Of a stretch of DNA of 64,000 nt, positions 52,401 through 64,000 are shown one piece after another (the first letter of the stretch is position 1; every line of letters begins with the position of its first letter). The stretch comes from Eledone cirrhosa (taxonomy: Eukaryota). The stretch covers positions 7,440,001 through 7,504,000 of the forward strand of contig OZ024763.1 of the NCBI GenBank assembly GCA_964016885.1. Reading direction: 5' to 3'. Below the pieces are notes generated by a model that worked only from the letters and a program-made list of their open reading frames with translations, did no database searches and was not told the DNA's origin. The translations under genes were made by a program, and so were the position numbers.

Positions 52401-53075
52401 GAACCCATAAAATGACTGGTACTCTATTTTTCTTCTCTAAAGTTATAAAATTGTAAATTAATATCGACAGGATTTTCACCTAGAACACAAAGGTGGTGTA
52501 ATATCATTTAAAAAATTGGAAATTGAGTTATAAATATAAATGTGTGTTCAGTGTGTAACAGGGTTATTGGTATTAAGTAACATAAAATGTCGTTAGGAGT
52601 TCAATATTTAGCTGGGGATATAGAATTTCTTTAAATTATTTCTTGTACCAGTAGCGAACTGGGATCGAAAGCATTATGTTGTTCGGACGAAAGAAATATA
52701 TAAGCTTAGCGCAATCTAGTTTGAGTTACGGGACATTACTGCAAAGCACATAACTGTAGGTTCCAATCTCACATTGGTAAATATATAAAAGTGACATTTA
52801 ACAATTTATTTGTAAGTCGCAACAGGATTAGGTATGGCAGATTTGAAATTAGTGAACATTATTGCAGACGAAGTAATTGTAGGTTCAAATCAATACTAGG
52901 GCGTTAAGAAATAAAATGAATATTTACTTCATGAAAGAGCCTGAATTATGAAAGACAAAGTCGACCCTTTCTAATCACAGCAACACTAAGAAAGGCATGA
53001 ACGCCACCAGTTCAATTAATCTTCCAAAATCAAAAGTATGTTTATAAATATTAATTTTTAATATTATTTTGAAGC

Positions 53076-53371
53076 TGTCTTTGTAGCCTAGTGGGAGGTA
53101 TGAGAGACGGTGGAGATCCTGGTCTGGGTTTCGATCTTGGCCACGATCTATATAAAATAAGGGGGTTTTACTAATTTTTTTCAGCTTTTTTCAATGCAAA
53201 CGTAAAAAAATCTATGGTAAAATGAAAAAAAATTTTTATCTACTTTTTTACATTTTTAAAAAGCTGAAAAAAATTAGTAAAACCCCCTTATTTTATATAG
53301 ATCCTGGCTAAGGTTGAACCCCAAACCTCGATCTTCACCGTCTCTAACACCTACCAATAGGCCAACGAGAC
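53076..53371. ncRNA. Convergent tRNA-like cassette pair, duplicate of 10378-10672
   Basis: Near identity to copy A. Confidence 0.55.
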
Positions 53372-54224
53372 GGATATAAAAATATACTGAAAATTAATAT
53401 ATATAAACCTACTTTCTATTTTCGAAGCTTAATTGACGTGGTGGTGTTCATGGCTTTCTCAGTCTTTTTAATACCACAAACAAGTCGCCATGGTTTTTAC
53501 TTTTCTCGAGTTTTCAGAAAATATATCATGACTTTTATTCTTATCACTAGGTTTATTTCATCCAACGACCAGCTGATATCCAGTGATGTCCTTCAGCTGT
53601 CATACCTTAGTGAGTAGATGGTGGCCTGGAAATATTGTTTCTAAACAGGCAGCTCTTTAAACTTGTGTTGTGTGTGCAATAATGGTATCAGCAACCGATA
53701 ATGGGATCAGATTCAAGAACTCAACGTCAAGTGTATCGTTCCAAACGCGATACGGTAATATATGTTCTTTTTATCAGCTTCGTCTTTTATTTATAAACGT
53801 TTATGTAGGTACGTGTGGAGATACGTGTACGAATGTGTACCTGTGTAAGCTTGTGTGTACATAACTATTTATAATAATGTTGTCCCGCCTCACTTTATTA
53901 TTACAACTACTACTATTAATAATTGTAACACTATTATTATTATTATTATTTTCACACGTCTCTTATCCTCAACACTGCTATAGTTTTCCTCTTACATGTG
54001 AGATACACGGTTTATTTACTAATCAGCATTTACTCGAAGATGTAGTGATGTGTGACGGGACATCGAGCGTAATCCTTAGTGTTAACTTAGGGACACCGTA
54101 CACCTGTGCACCCGTATATATATATATGTTTATCCCGGGTTCAATCGGCGGTAACCACAGTAAGTAAGGTACTCATTACATAGCAGATTATAAATACTTA
54201 ATAAATAATATTTAATATAGAAAT

Positions 54225-54276
54225 GGCTTCTACAGGACTAGAACTGTTTCATTCGGAAAAAATCATCAGGAAAGCC
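54225..54276 (-). ncRNA. Hammerhead motif, family A (duplicate; element 54132-54319)
   Basis: Same sequence as 11508-11559. Confidence 0.75.
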
Positions 54277-54330
54277 CTTGATTTCTTCCGAATAAAACCG
54301 TTCTAGTCCTGCAGGAGCCACACACACGTA

Positions 54331-54363
<33 letters not shown>

Positions 54364-55278
54364 ATATGTATGTATGTATGTATGTATATAAATATATATT
54401 TGTGTATTCATAAGCCCAAGTGTCTATGATGATAAGGTCCCCCTATCTTTGTATATTTATATGTGGATGTCTATTTCCACATGGCATCTCTGGTCCTCGA
54501 TGTTGTCACCGCCTGCTTTACGTAGCATCTTAACTATCTAATATTTATTCAGAGAGGTTCTCCCTTCATATCGCAAATATTCCTTTCTGACTCACTGAAA
54601 ACTTGTCTTCCGTCATCGAGTAAAAGTGATCTACATAAAGGATCTGTCTGATGTTGCTATGTATGTATGTAGGGACGTATAGCTTGCGAGGGAGTCTTGG
54701 TGACACCACGTTGATATTCGGGGTGTCATGGGTATTTTGTAAAAGCTGACTGATCCCATCTCTACCCTAGATCTGATCACATGAGATATTTACCAGAGAA
54801 GGAGAGAAAGTAGGAGAAAGGAAGTAAGAAAGAGATATAGAAGAAGAATCGACCCCAGTACTACACTGGTACTTCGTTTTATCTACCTCGAATGGTGCTA
54901 TAGTGGAACATTAACTTTGATGTACCTATATAAGTCATACCTTTTCTATACGTCTGTGTATGTACAGGTGTGTGTATGTAAGTGTACGTGGCGTTGCAAT
55001 TTCGGTTTTCATAAGTATCTCTGTGAAATTTTAACAAGAGCAAGCATGTGTCCTGATGGTTAGTCAATCGTTTTTAAGCTGGTATATGGTATGTGTTTTT
55101 AATATGTATATATATTTACATAGAAGTGAGTAAATATGAATGTATGGGTATGTATATAAATATATAGACAGTCGATCGACCTTCGTCAGATCGGACCGAC
55201 GAAACAATGTTTCCACTGGTCTTTTCAATTGCTAATACTATCTATCGGTCGAAACTCCAGGTGGAAATAAATAAATTA

Positions 55279-55316
<38 letters not shown>

Positions 55317-57114
55317 TAAGATATATATATATATATATTAAAATATATATATAATAAAACAAGGACGAATGGGTACACATTCATTACGTTTATTGAATCG
55401 TGGCGCGCGTTTCGCTATTAATCAGCTTAAGGTTCGTTCTGTATCGATCTAGCCCGACCCTGTATTCAATAACTTATATATATATGTGTGTATGTATATA
55501 TGAAATCGCCCATGGGACACCCTGGTGTAATCTAAATACACAGAGTGTGCGGTTAGCTGTTTTTAAATGATTACCCCTCCTCATATTCCCTTGTTTATAT
55601 ACTGTATTGTAATACATGGCAACCTTAATACTTAATAATATCGAGATGAAAATATAAATGTTAATACAGTATTCCAGAAGTAAAATAGAGATCTAATGGG
55701 AGGAGGTGAGTATTATAACTTTTATAAGAAATAAAGATCTAAAGACGAGTGAAAACTTTCATCATCGAAATCGTAATGTACACCAACGAAAATATATGTC
55801 TACAGAATACAGATTAGTAAAATAAAGTTAGAGCAAATATATGAGAGGTCACTTAACTTTACATATTTAGTTTTATTTATATCGTGAAAAATGTTGATCT
55901 TCAGATATTAAAGTGTGGATGTGATTGTCTTTGTCTTTACGTGTTTGTTGGAAATCCTTTTTTAATGTTTCTTTCTTTAAACATTGTCTTTTTTTTAAAT
56001 TAATTTTAGATTATTCGTACCTCATCTCTGGTCTCTTTGTTGGAGTCTACCTGTCCTGTTTATTGGTTTTATTTTAAAAGTAATCCATTGGAACATCAGA
56101 TATTAAATGAAATGTTACGTAAAAGACACACCATATGTTTCTTCCAGGTATTTAGAGAGATGTCCACTGACAACAAAATAATACAATAAGGAAATGCCAT
56201 CATCCAGTAAAACTTGGTAATAATCCAGTCTCGTCACACTCACCGTTTACAGTAAACAATGGTAAGAACAAACAAAAACAAAAACAAGAGAACTATTCAG
56301 CAGTTAATGAAGTGAATACATAAAATTTTAAAAAAACATTCCTGAATAAAATAAATTTTTTACTTTCATTAAATTGTTTCTTTACTTTCTTTTATAAAAC
56401 ACACTTATTAATAGAAATTAAGCACAGCATTGTAGGTTCAAATCTTACTTGCATGTATATATAGGAACCACGTTTAACAATTTACGGGTTCGACGTACTA
56501 AGCTGGAATGAGGTATGACATTATTGCAGACGAAGTTGTTGTAGGTTCAAATCAAGCCTAGAGCAATGAGAAATAAAGTCTAGATTTACTTTATGAATTC
56601 AAGGACGTCCCGAAAAAGCCATGAATGCCACTACATCGAGTTTTCAACCGAACAAAATGTAGTTTTATAAATATTAATTTTCAGAACGAATTCGTACAGT
56701 CCCTATAATTTGCACAAACGCAAAGTTTTTGCATCAATTTTTGCGTTTAAGTCAGGCAAGAGTTGTGTTTCTTGGCAAAAATTTCAAGTTTGTTTACAAA
56801 AAAAATCCTTTTGTTTAAAAAAGTTCGCCTGAATTTTGACCAAAGATTTTTCAATCTTTTCACTTCCGGTTTCTGTATTTTTCATAAAAAAACAACAATA
56901 AATATGCTAGAAATAGCATCAAAGCAACGCATATACATGTATACACACATAAATACATATGTTTATTTATTTATTATGAGTACAAATTAAAGTTTAAGCA
57001 AAGAATCGCTGCTTTCAACTTGTTACGGGATCGTCAGAAACAATAGTTTATTTGAATTACTTCCGAACCAAATGTAGTTTTATAAATATTAATTTTCAAT
57101 CCGATTTCATAACC

Positions 57115-57480
57115 GTCTCAGTGGTCTAGTGGTAGACATTAGAGACAGTGGTGATATTGATTAGGAGTTCGATCTCTGTCAGGTCTACACTGAAATCCTT
57201 GTACAGAAATTTTGTTTTTATAAAAAATTGAAAAAGTAGGTTTATAAATATTAATTTTCAGTAAGTATTTATAACCGCCTCCGTAGACTAGTGGTAAGTA
57301 TTAGAGGTGATGGAGATGCTGGTTTGGGGTTCGATATCAGTCAGATTCCTGCAACCTCTATTTTTTGTTCATTTTATGAAAACTTTAAAAAAATTAAATT
57401 TCTCGAGAGATTCCTGACTGAGATTGAACCCCAGACCAGCATCACCACTGTCCCAACACCTACCAATAGGCTACCGAGAC
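57115..57480. ncRNA. Three tRNA-like cassettes, duplicate of 13977-14341
   Basis: Near identity to copy A. Confidence 0.55.
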
Positions 57481-57702
57481 AACTACAAAAATACTATCAA
57501 AATTAATATTTATAAAGCTACTTTCTATTTAAAAGAAAAAAAATATATATATATATAATCACTTACTGAACACAATGTAACAAAACAATTGAAGAAAAAA
57601 GAAAAGTGTTTATAGATTTATCTTTAATTCTGAACAATCAATATATTTTATTTTATAGGGAAAGGTAATACAATCAGTTAAAATAATGTCAACAATCAAT
57701 GT

Positions 57703-58895
57703 AGACAGTGTAAACAACCATTGCTAAACAGTGTAGACAGCCAGTGTAAACAACAGTGTAAACAACTGCAGTAAACAACCAGTGCTAAACAGTGTAGACA
57801 GCCAGTGTAAACAACGGTGTAAACAACTGCAGTAAACAACCAGTGCTAAACAGTGTAGGCAGCCAGTGTAAACAACTGCAGTAAACAACCAGTGCTAAAC
57901 AGTGTAGACAGCCAGTGTAAACAACGGTGTAAACAACTGCAGTAAACAACCAGTGCTAAACAGTGTAGGCAGCCAGTGTAAACAACTGCAGTAAACAACC
58001 AGTGCTAAACAGTGTAGGCAGTCAGTGTAAACAACAGTGTAAACAACTGCAGTAAACAACCAGTGCTAAACAGTGTAGACAGTTAGTGTAAACAACTGCA
58101 GTAAACAACCAGTGCTAAACAGTGTAGGCAGCCAGTGTAAACAACAGTGTAAACAACTGCAGTAAACAACCAGTGCTAAACAGTGTAGACAGTTAGTGTA
58201 AACAACAGTGTAAACAACTGAAGTAAACAACCAGTGCTAAAAAGTGTAGGCAGCCAGTGTAAACAACAGTGTAAACAACTGCAGTAAACAACCAGTGCTA
58301 AACAGTGTAGACAGTCAGTGTAAACAACAGTGTAAACAACTGCAGTAAACAACCAGTGCTAAACAGTGTATGCAGTCAGTGTAAACAACGGTGTAAACAA
58401 CTGAAGTAAACAACCAGTGCTAAAAAGTGTAAACAGTCAGTGTAAACAACCAATGTTAATAAACATTGCCAAACAGCAACTGTAAACACTCTATACATAT
58501 AACTAGTGTAAACAATAGCTGTTGACAACCACTGTAATCAGACAATGAAAACAATCGCTGTAAACAATCTCTGTCAACACTCAGTGTAAACAATTGCTGT
58601 AGACAGCTACTGTAAGCCGGTATTGCTAAACAACTGCTGTAAGCAATTGCTATAAACAATCGCTGTAAACAATCGCTGATAACATCTATTGTAAACAACT
58701 GTTGTAGGCAATGACAGTAGGCAATCAGTGCAATGATGGTAGACAGCCACAGTAGACAATGATTGCCAACATACAGTGTAAAAAACCGCTGTGAACAATC
58801 ACTAAACAATCGAATCGCTGTAAACAATTGCTGTAGAGAGCCACTGTAAGCAACTGGTGTAGACAATCGCTGTAGACAATCGTTGCTAAACAATC
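57703..58895. repeat. GTAAACAAC-based minisatellite, regular to ~58450 then degenerate
   Basis: Unit cagtgtaaacaactgcagtaaacaaccagtgctaaacagtgtagacag with an optional 12-bp sub-repeat. Confidence 0.95.
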
Positions 58896-58969
58896 AAATA
58901 TAAAATAACAAATATAAATCTAGCAATTGTTTACTTTATAAATATAGAAAAATTAAACATAAATATCAG

Positions 58970-59098
58970 ACATATATGTGTATATACATATGTGTGTGCC
59001 CTATATATATATATACATGTACATATATATATATACATATATATATGCATATGCGTGCCCTATATATATATATATATACATAAATATACATATGTGTG

Positions 59099-59162
<64 letters not shown>

Positions 59163-59175
59163 GTATATGCATGTG

Positions 59176-59239
<64 letters not shown>

Positions 59240-59311
59240 ATATATATACATATATATATGCATATGTGTGCCCTATATATATATATATATATACATAAAT
59301 ATACATGTATG

Positions 59312-59353
<42 letters not shown>

Positions 59354-59366
59354 ACATATGTATGCC

Positions 59367-59420
<54 letters not shown>

Positions 59421-59458
59421 ATGTGTGTGCTCTATATATATATACATACATATGTGTG

Positions 59459-59493
<35 letters not shown>

Positions 59494-59564
59494 TATGTGT
59501 GCCCTATATATATATATTTATATGTACACATACACACACACACATGCATCTTATTTGTATATGT

Positions 59565-59662
<98 letters not shown>

Positions 59663-59672
59663 GTGTGTGTGT
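58970..59672. repeat. (TA)n-rich compound microsatellite with gtgccc spacers
   Basis: Directly visible. Confidence 0.95.
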
Positions 59673-60129
59673 ATCCCGGGTTCAATCAGGGGTAACCACA
59701 GTAAGTAACGTACTCAATACATAGCAGAGTATATATATATTTAATATAGAAATGGTTTCTACCGGACTAGAACTGTTTCATTGGAAGGAAATCATCAGGA
59801 AGGCTGACTATCACTGTGCCAAGGAGTGCCTGCTTTTCTATCCTTCTGTATCACTATTTTTCTCTAAGTATAGTCTTTTCAAAGAATCCGCATTCTTTAA
59901 ATCCATCAACTAATGACCCCCCCACCCCCCACCCCCCATCCCAATCACCACCCTCCCCTACCACCAGAAAATATATAAATACCACCATACCACATGGAGT
60001 CGGCTTTCCTGATGATTTCTCCCGAATGAAACAGTTCTAGTCCTGTAGAAGCCATTTCTATATTAGATATTTATACTCTGCTATGTATTGAGTACCTTAC
60101 TGTGGTTACCCCCGATTGAACCGGGATAA
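59673..60129. mobile_element. Family A Penelope-like relic: inverted arms 59673-59809 and 59998-60129 inside TA/TG microsatellites
   Basis: The arms are imperfect reverse complements and each carries a hammerhead motif. Confidence 0.8.
60002..60053 (+). ncRNA. Type I hammerhead motif, family A, intact core
   Basis: GGCTTTC CTGATGA tttctcccgaat GAA ACAG ttctagtc CTGT A GAAGCC; predicted cleavage after 60047. Confidence 0.8.
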
Positions 60130-60130
60130 A

Positions 60131-60223
<93 letters not shown>

Positions 60224-60264
60224 ACATGTATGTGTATGTGTATATATGTATATGTATATGTATG

Positions 60265-60334
<70 letters not shown>

Positions 60335-60649
60335 TGTATGTGTATGTGTATATATGTATATGTACATGTATGTGTATATATATATATGTATGTGTATGTA
60401 TATAAATATTATGTGTATGTATATAAATATGTATGTGTATGTATGTATATATATGTATGTGTATGTATGTGTATGTATATATATGTATATATATGATATG
60501 CATATGCATGTATACTAAACTATTTGACAAATTAATCAACAGGCTCAAATTATGTATAGCCATAATAATTAGTAGAGCTAATTAATTAGGTGGGAGTGTG
60601 TTAATGAGTATATATACTGATGACGGAATGGACTGAAGTTGGTGCAGAT

Positions 60650-61765
60650 CTATGTTGACAGGTGATATGTGTTGACAAATGACATATATTGTATTGACAG
60701 GTGACATGTGTTGACAGATGACATGTGTTGACAACTGACATGTGTTGACAGGCGACATATATTGTGTTGACAGGTGACATGTGTTGACTGGTGACATGTA
60801 TTGACAGATGACATATATTGTGTTGACAGTGACATATATTGACAGGCAACATGTGTTGACAGGCGACATATATTGTGTTGACAGGCAACATGTGTTGACA
60901 GGCGACATATATTGTGTTGACAAGCAACATGTGTTGATGGGCGACATATATTGTGTTGACAGGCGACATATATTGTGTTGACAGGTGACATATATTGTGT
61001 TGACAGATGACATGTGTTGACAGGTGACATGTGTTGACAAATGTAAAGTATTGTGCCATCAAATTGTGATGAGTTATGTTGACAAATGTGATACATTATC
61101 TCAGCAATACGATGTTGACAGATGATATATTTTTATGTTGATATATAAGGTGCATAATGTCAACAACCGTCACATGTTATGTTGACAGATAGGACATGTT
61201 ATGTTGACAGACAACATACTTTTTATGTTGACATGTGTGATATCTTTCTCCACAGATGAGTTAGTTTATGTTGACAGATGTGATATATAGTATCAGTTGT
61301 AGCATCTTATGTTCACACATGTGGCATATTTTTATTATGTTGACAGGTGAAATATGTTCACTTCACACATGTGGCATATTTTTCATTATGTTAACAGGTG
61401 AAACATGTTCACACATGTGGTATATTATATTTATGTTGATCGATGTAATATGTTCACACATGTGGTATATTTTTTTATTACGTTGACAGGTGAAACATGT
61501 TCACACATGTGGTACACATTATTTATGTTGACAGATGTAATATGTTCACACATGTGGTATATTTTTTTTGTTGACAGGTAAAATATGTTCACACATCTGG
61601 CATATCATTTATTATGTTGACAGGTGAAATATGTTCACACATTTCGTATATTTTCTTTTATGTTGACAGATGTGAAGAATTATGTTCACAGATGTGATGT
61701 GTTGTATTGGCAGATATGAAACATTATGTTGACAGATGTGTTGTGTCAGCAGATGTGACAGATCT
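60650..61765. repeat. TGTTGACAG-based minisatellite
   Basis: tgtgttgacaggtgaca(tatat) units grading into atgttcacacatgtgg units. Confidence 0.92.
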
Positions 61766-61782
61766 ACTGTAAACACAAATGG

Positions 61783-61822
<40 letters not shown>

Positions 61823-61866
61823 TTATATATATATAAATACACATACATAAATATACATATATACAT

Positions 61867-61936
<70 letters not shown>

Positions 61937-62254
61937 GCAGCTGAACCCACCAAAGACTTCTTGCTAAGACAATAAAGCAAGGGTTAATTTAATTAAATTC
62001 AACCTAAATTGTCGTTTGGTTTACTAAAATATATACAACAGCTCTTCTCTCTCTCTCTCTTTCCCTTTCCCTCTCTTTCTCATTCTTTTCTCCCTCTCTC
62101 TCTCTTTCTACACCCTCACCTACATGTATATAATATATATATATCATCATCATCGTTTGACGTCCATCTTCCACACTAGCATGGGTTGGACGGGTTTGTC
62201 CCTCTTGGGGCAAGATTGGTCAGGTGACTGTATATATATATATATACACAGTCA

Positions 62255-62341
<87 letters not shown>

Positions 62342-62435
62342 GAAGAGGGCTCGATAAGGTTTGTATATATATATATGTATATAAATATATAATCAAGGTC
62401 CCATCATAGGGTGAAAGCAGCAATTCCTTGTTTAA

Positions 62436-62655
62436 CCCTTTACCATTTACATTACTCTATATATACTATTGTATTGTCACAGTAAAGGCTTTACCTCACA
62501 TAATATCTCACATAACATCGAATCTACGAGATTCTGATATTATCTATTTTGAGAAAAATACCTTAACATAAGTATGAGCAGCTGGTTACGGTCAGTTTGA
62601 ACAGAAAGAGGTGAGAGAATTCTGGCTGGATAACACCGGTTTAAATGCTAAAGGG
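62436..62655. mobile_element. piggyBac-like MITE with TTAA target duplication
   Basis: ttaa|ccctttaccattta..taaatgctaaaggg|ttaa. Confidence 0.85.
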
Positions 62656-62691
62656 TTAAACTTTAATCTGTACTAATAATAAATATATATA

Positions 62692-62857
62692 CTGTATTTC
62701 CCGGCACCGAAGACACTTCACCCTCGAGGGCCCACCCTAATTTTGACAACCAAAAATTAGAAAAAAAATCCTAAACAGCCTTCAGCCTCCAGGACCCACG
62801 GTAGATTGTTTAGACTTATTTTAGGAAAAAAGTAGAGTCTTTGATGCTGGGAAATAC

Positions 62858-62859
<2 letters not shown>
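62692..62859. mobile_element. pogo/Tigger-like MITE, TA target duplication
   Basis: ta|ctgtatttcccggcaccgaagac..gtctttgatgctgggaaatacgg|ta. Confidence 0.8.
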
Positions 62860-62903
<44 letters not shown>

Positions 62904-62936
62904 GATTTAATGCTCTGAAATAGCGATATATATCTG

Positions 62937-63339
62937 AAGACAAACATAGAATATTCGAAAATATTCTGTATGTTTATAATAAACATTTCGAAGACCCAAT
63001 CGCTATAGAATAGAATACGTCACGTATTACAATTTGAGATTCTCGATAAAAGCAAGGGAAGTAACCTACGCGTTTCATTCTTATTAGAAATCATCAGGAT
63101 TAAACCAGTTCCTGTACACAGCTAAGTATTCTATAAGTCTCTAGCTGTGTCATTCTCGATAAAAGCACTGGATATGTAATCCTGATGATTTCTAATAAGA
63201 ATGAAACGCGTAGGTTACTTCCCTTGCTTTTATCGAGAATCTCAAATTGTAATACGTGACGTATTCTATTCTATAGCGATTGGGTCTTCGAAATGTTTAT
63301 TATAAACATACAGAATATTTTCGAATATTCTATGTTTGT

Positions 63340-63342
<3 letters not shown>
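62937..63342. mobile_element. Penelope-like inverted relic, family B: 166-bp arms (62937-63102, 63177-63342) among (TA)n tracts
   Basis: The arms read as exact reverse complements around a 74-bp spacer. Confidence 0.9.
63176..63218 (+). ncRNA. Minimal type I hammerhead, family B (mirror copy on - at 63062-63102)
   Basis: GTAATC CTGATGA tttctaataagaat GAA ACGCGT A GGTTAC: 6-bp stem I, palindromic stem III ACGCGU, GUA site after 63212. Confidence 0.85.
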
Positions 63343-63373
<31 letters not shown>

Positions 63374-63377
<4 letters not shown>

Positions 63378-63536
63378 GTGGTTACACAACAGTTAGTTCA
63401 CCATACCAAGAACAATTGTTTCACCTTAGCGGATCCTCAGCTCGTAATGGACATGGTTATACAAGCTGAGGATCTGCTAAGGTGAAACAATTGTTCCTGG
63501 TATGGTGAACTAACTGTTGTGTAGTAACCACTTCTA
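63374..63536. ncRNA. Inverted pair of minimal hammerheads, family C
   Basis: +: atacaag CTGAGGA tctgctaaggt GAA ACAATTGT T cctggtat; -: tacgag CTGAGGA tccgctaaggt GAA ACAATTGT T cttggta. Palindromic stem III, GUU site. Confidence 0.75.
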
Positions 63537-63787
63537 CCTAACTCGTCCCATGGACTGAGTGCTCTACCACTACGGATATTACCTTACAGTGTTCTACCAC
63601 TATATATATATATATATAGTTTGTTGATTATCATTCAACAAAGTTAATTTTATAACAGATTTGAAGCACTCTACAGTATTTATCTGGAGTATTATTAATA
63701 TTAACAATATTAATATGAAATGCCGTTAGCGAGCTTATACTATTAATTCTACGTTAAGGTATGTCAATATCTTAACACCAAATATTA

Positions 63788-63847
63788 TATTTTATCTGAT
63801 GAAAGCACACTAAAATTGTGTGTCCTTGAAATACGTATAATAAAATA
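63788..63847 (+). ncRNA. Type I hammerhead, family D, single intact copy
   Basis: TATTTTAT CTGATGA aagcacac-taaaatt-gtgtgtcctt GAA ATACGTAT A ATAAAATA: perfect 8-bp stem I, long stem II, palindromic stem III, AUA site after 63839. Confidence 0.85.
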
Positions 63848-64000
63848 AATATGGTTTTATAAAGATATTTTCCACTTATTAATATTGTTAATATTATATA
63901 TATAAATATATAAATATAATTTCAGCGAGATCGTATTTCAACCATCGTTAAAAACAAAGCGAAACGCAATTTTCGAGATATGCGGCAAGCTCTCACTGGA

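Larger units (their letters stand above)
42739..57540 (+). repeat. Segmental duplication copy B
   Basis: Direct-orientation copy of 1-14400 at an offset of ~42.7-43.1 kb; carries an extra ~380 bp insert at 56684-57062. Confidence 0.95.

Noticed and set aside
57000-57045. Minus-strand CTGACGA..GAAA hammerhead candidate
   Set aside because: Stems I-III do not pair.
60617-60640. C/D-box or hammerhead-like tgatga..ctga
   Set aside because: Too short for a snoRNA, and it lacks GAAA and stems.
58978-62423. YI/IY, CV and STHV repeat ORFs
   Set aside because: Translations of TA, TG and minisatellite repeats.

Overview
AT-rich, microsatellite-dense eukaryotic DNA, most likely from an octopodiform cephalopod (inferred from the tRNA-derived SINEs, RTE and CR1 LINE relics and TTAA MITEs). 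No complete recognisable protein gene is present, and essentially all ORFs in the track are repeat artefacts. Layout: (1) 1-14400 and 42739-57540 are two copies of a ~14.5 kb segmental duplication built from diverged ~3.5 kb units; further partial copies lie at ~14570-18170 and ~37800-41000. Each unit holds decayed LINE reverse-transcriptase sequence plus a long imperfect inverted repeat. The inner ends of that repeat are convergent ~70-nt tRNA-like cassettes (TATA at about -30, A box, B box, T-run), about 20 in total, which fold into two hairpins with apparent compensatory changes. (2) At least six unrelated families of minimal type-I hammerhead ribozyme motifs, typical of Penelope-like elements, mostly as inverted pairs inside (TA)n tracts. 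Five families share a non-canonical U10.1-U11.1 apposition, and three families cluster in the last ~1.1 kb. (3) Five short unique islands with splice signals (20225-21354, 36817-37249) may be exons of a + strand gene or pseudogene spanning an 11.3 kb polypyrimidine satellite, with CTCF-like and RFX X-box-like motifs nearby. (4) Several minisatellites, SINEs and MITEs. All alignments and folds were made by eye, and boundaries of degenerate elements are approximate.
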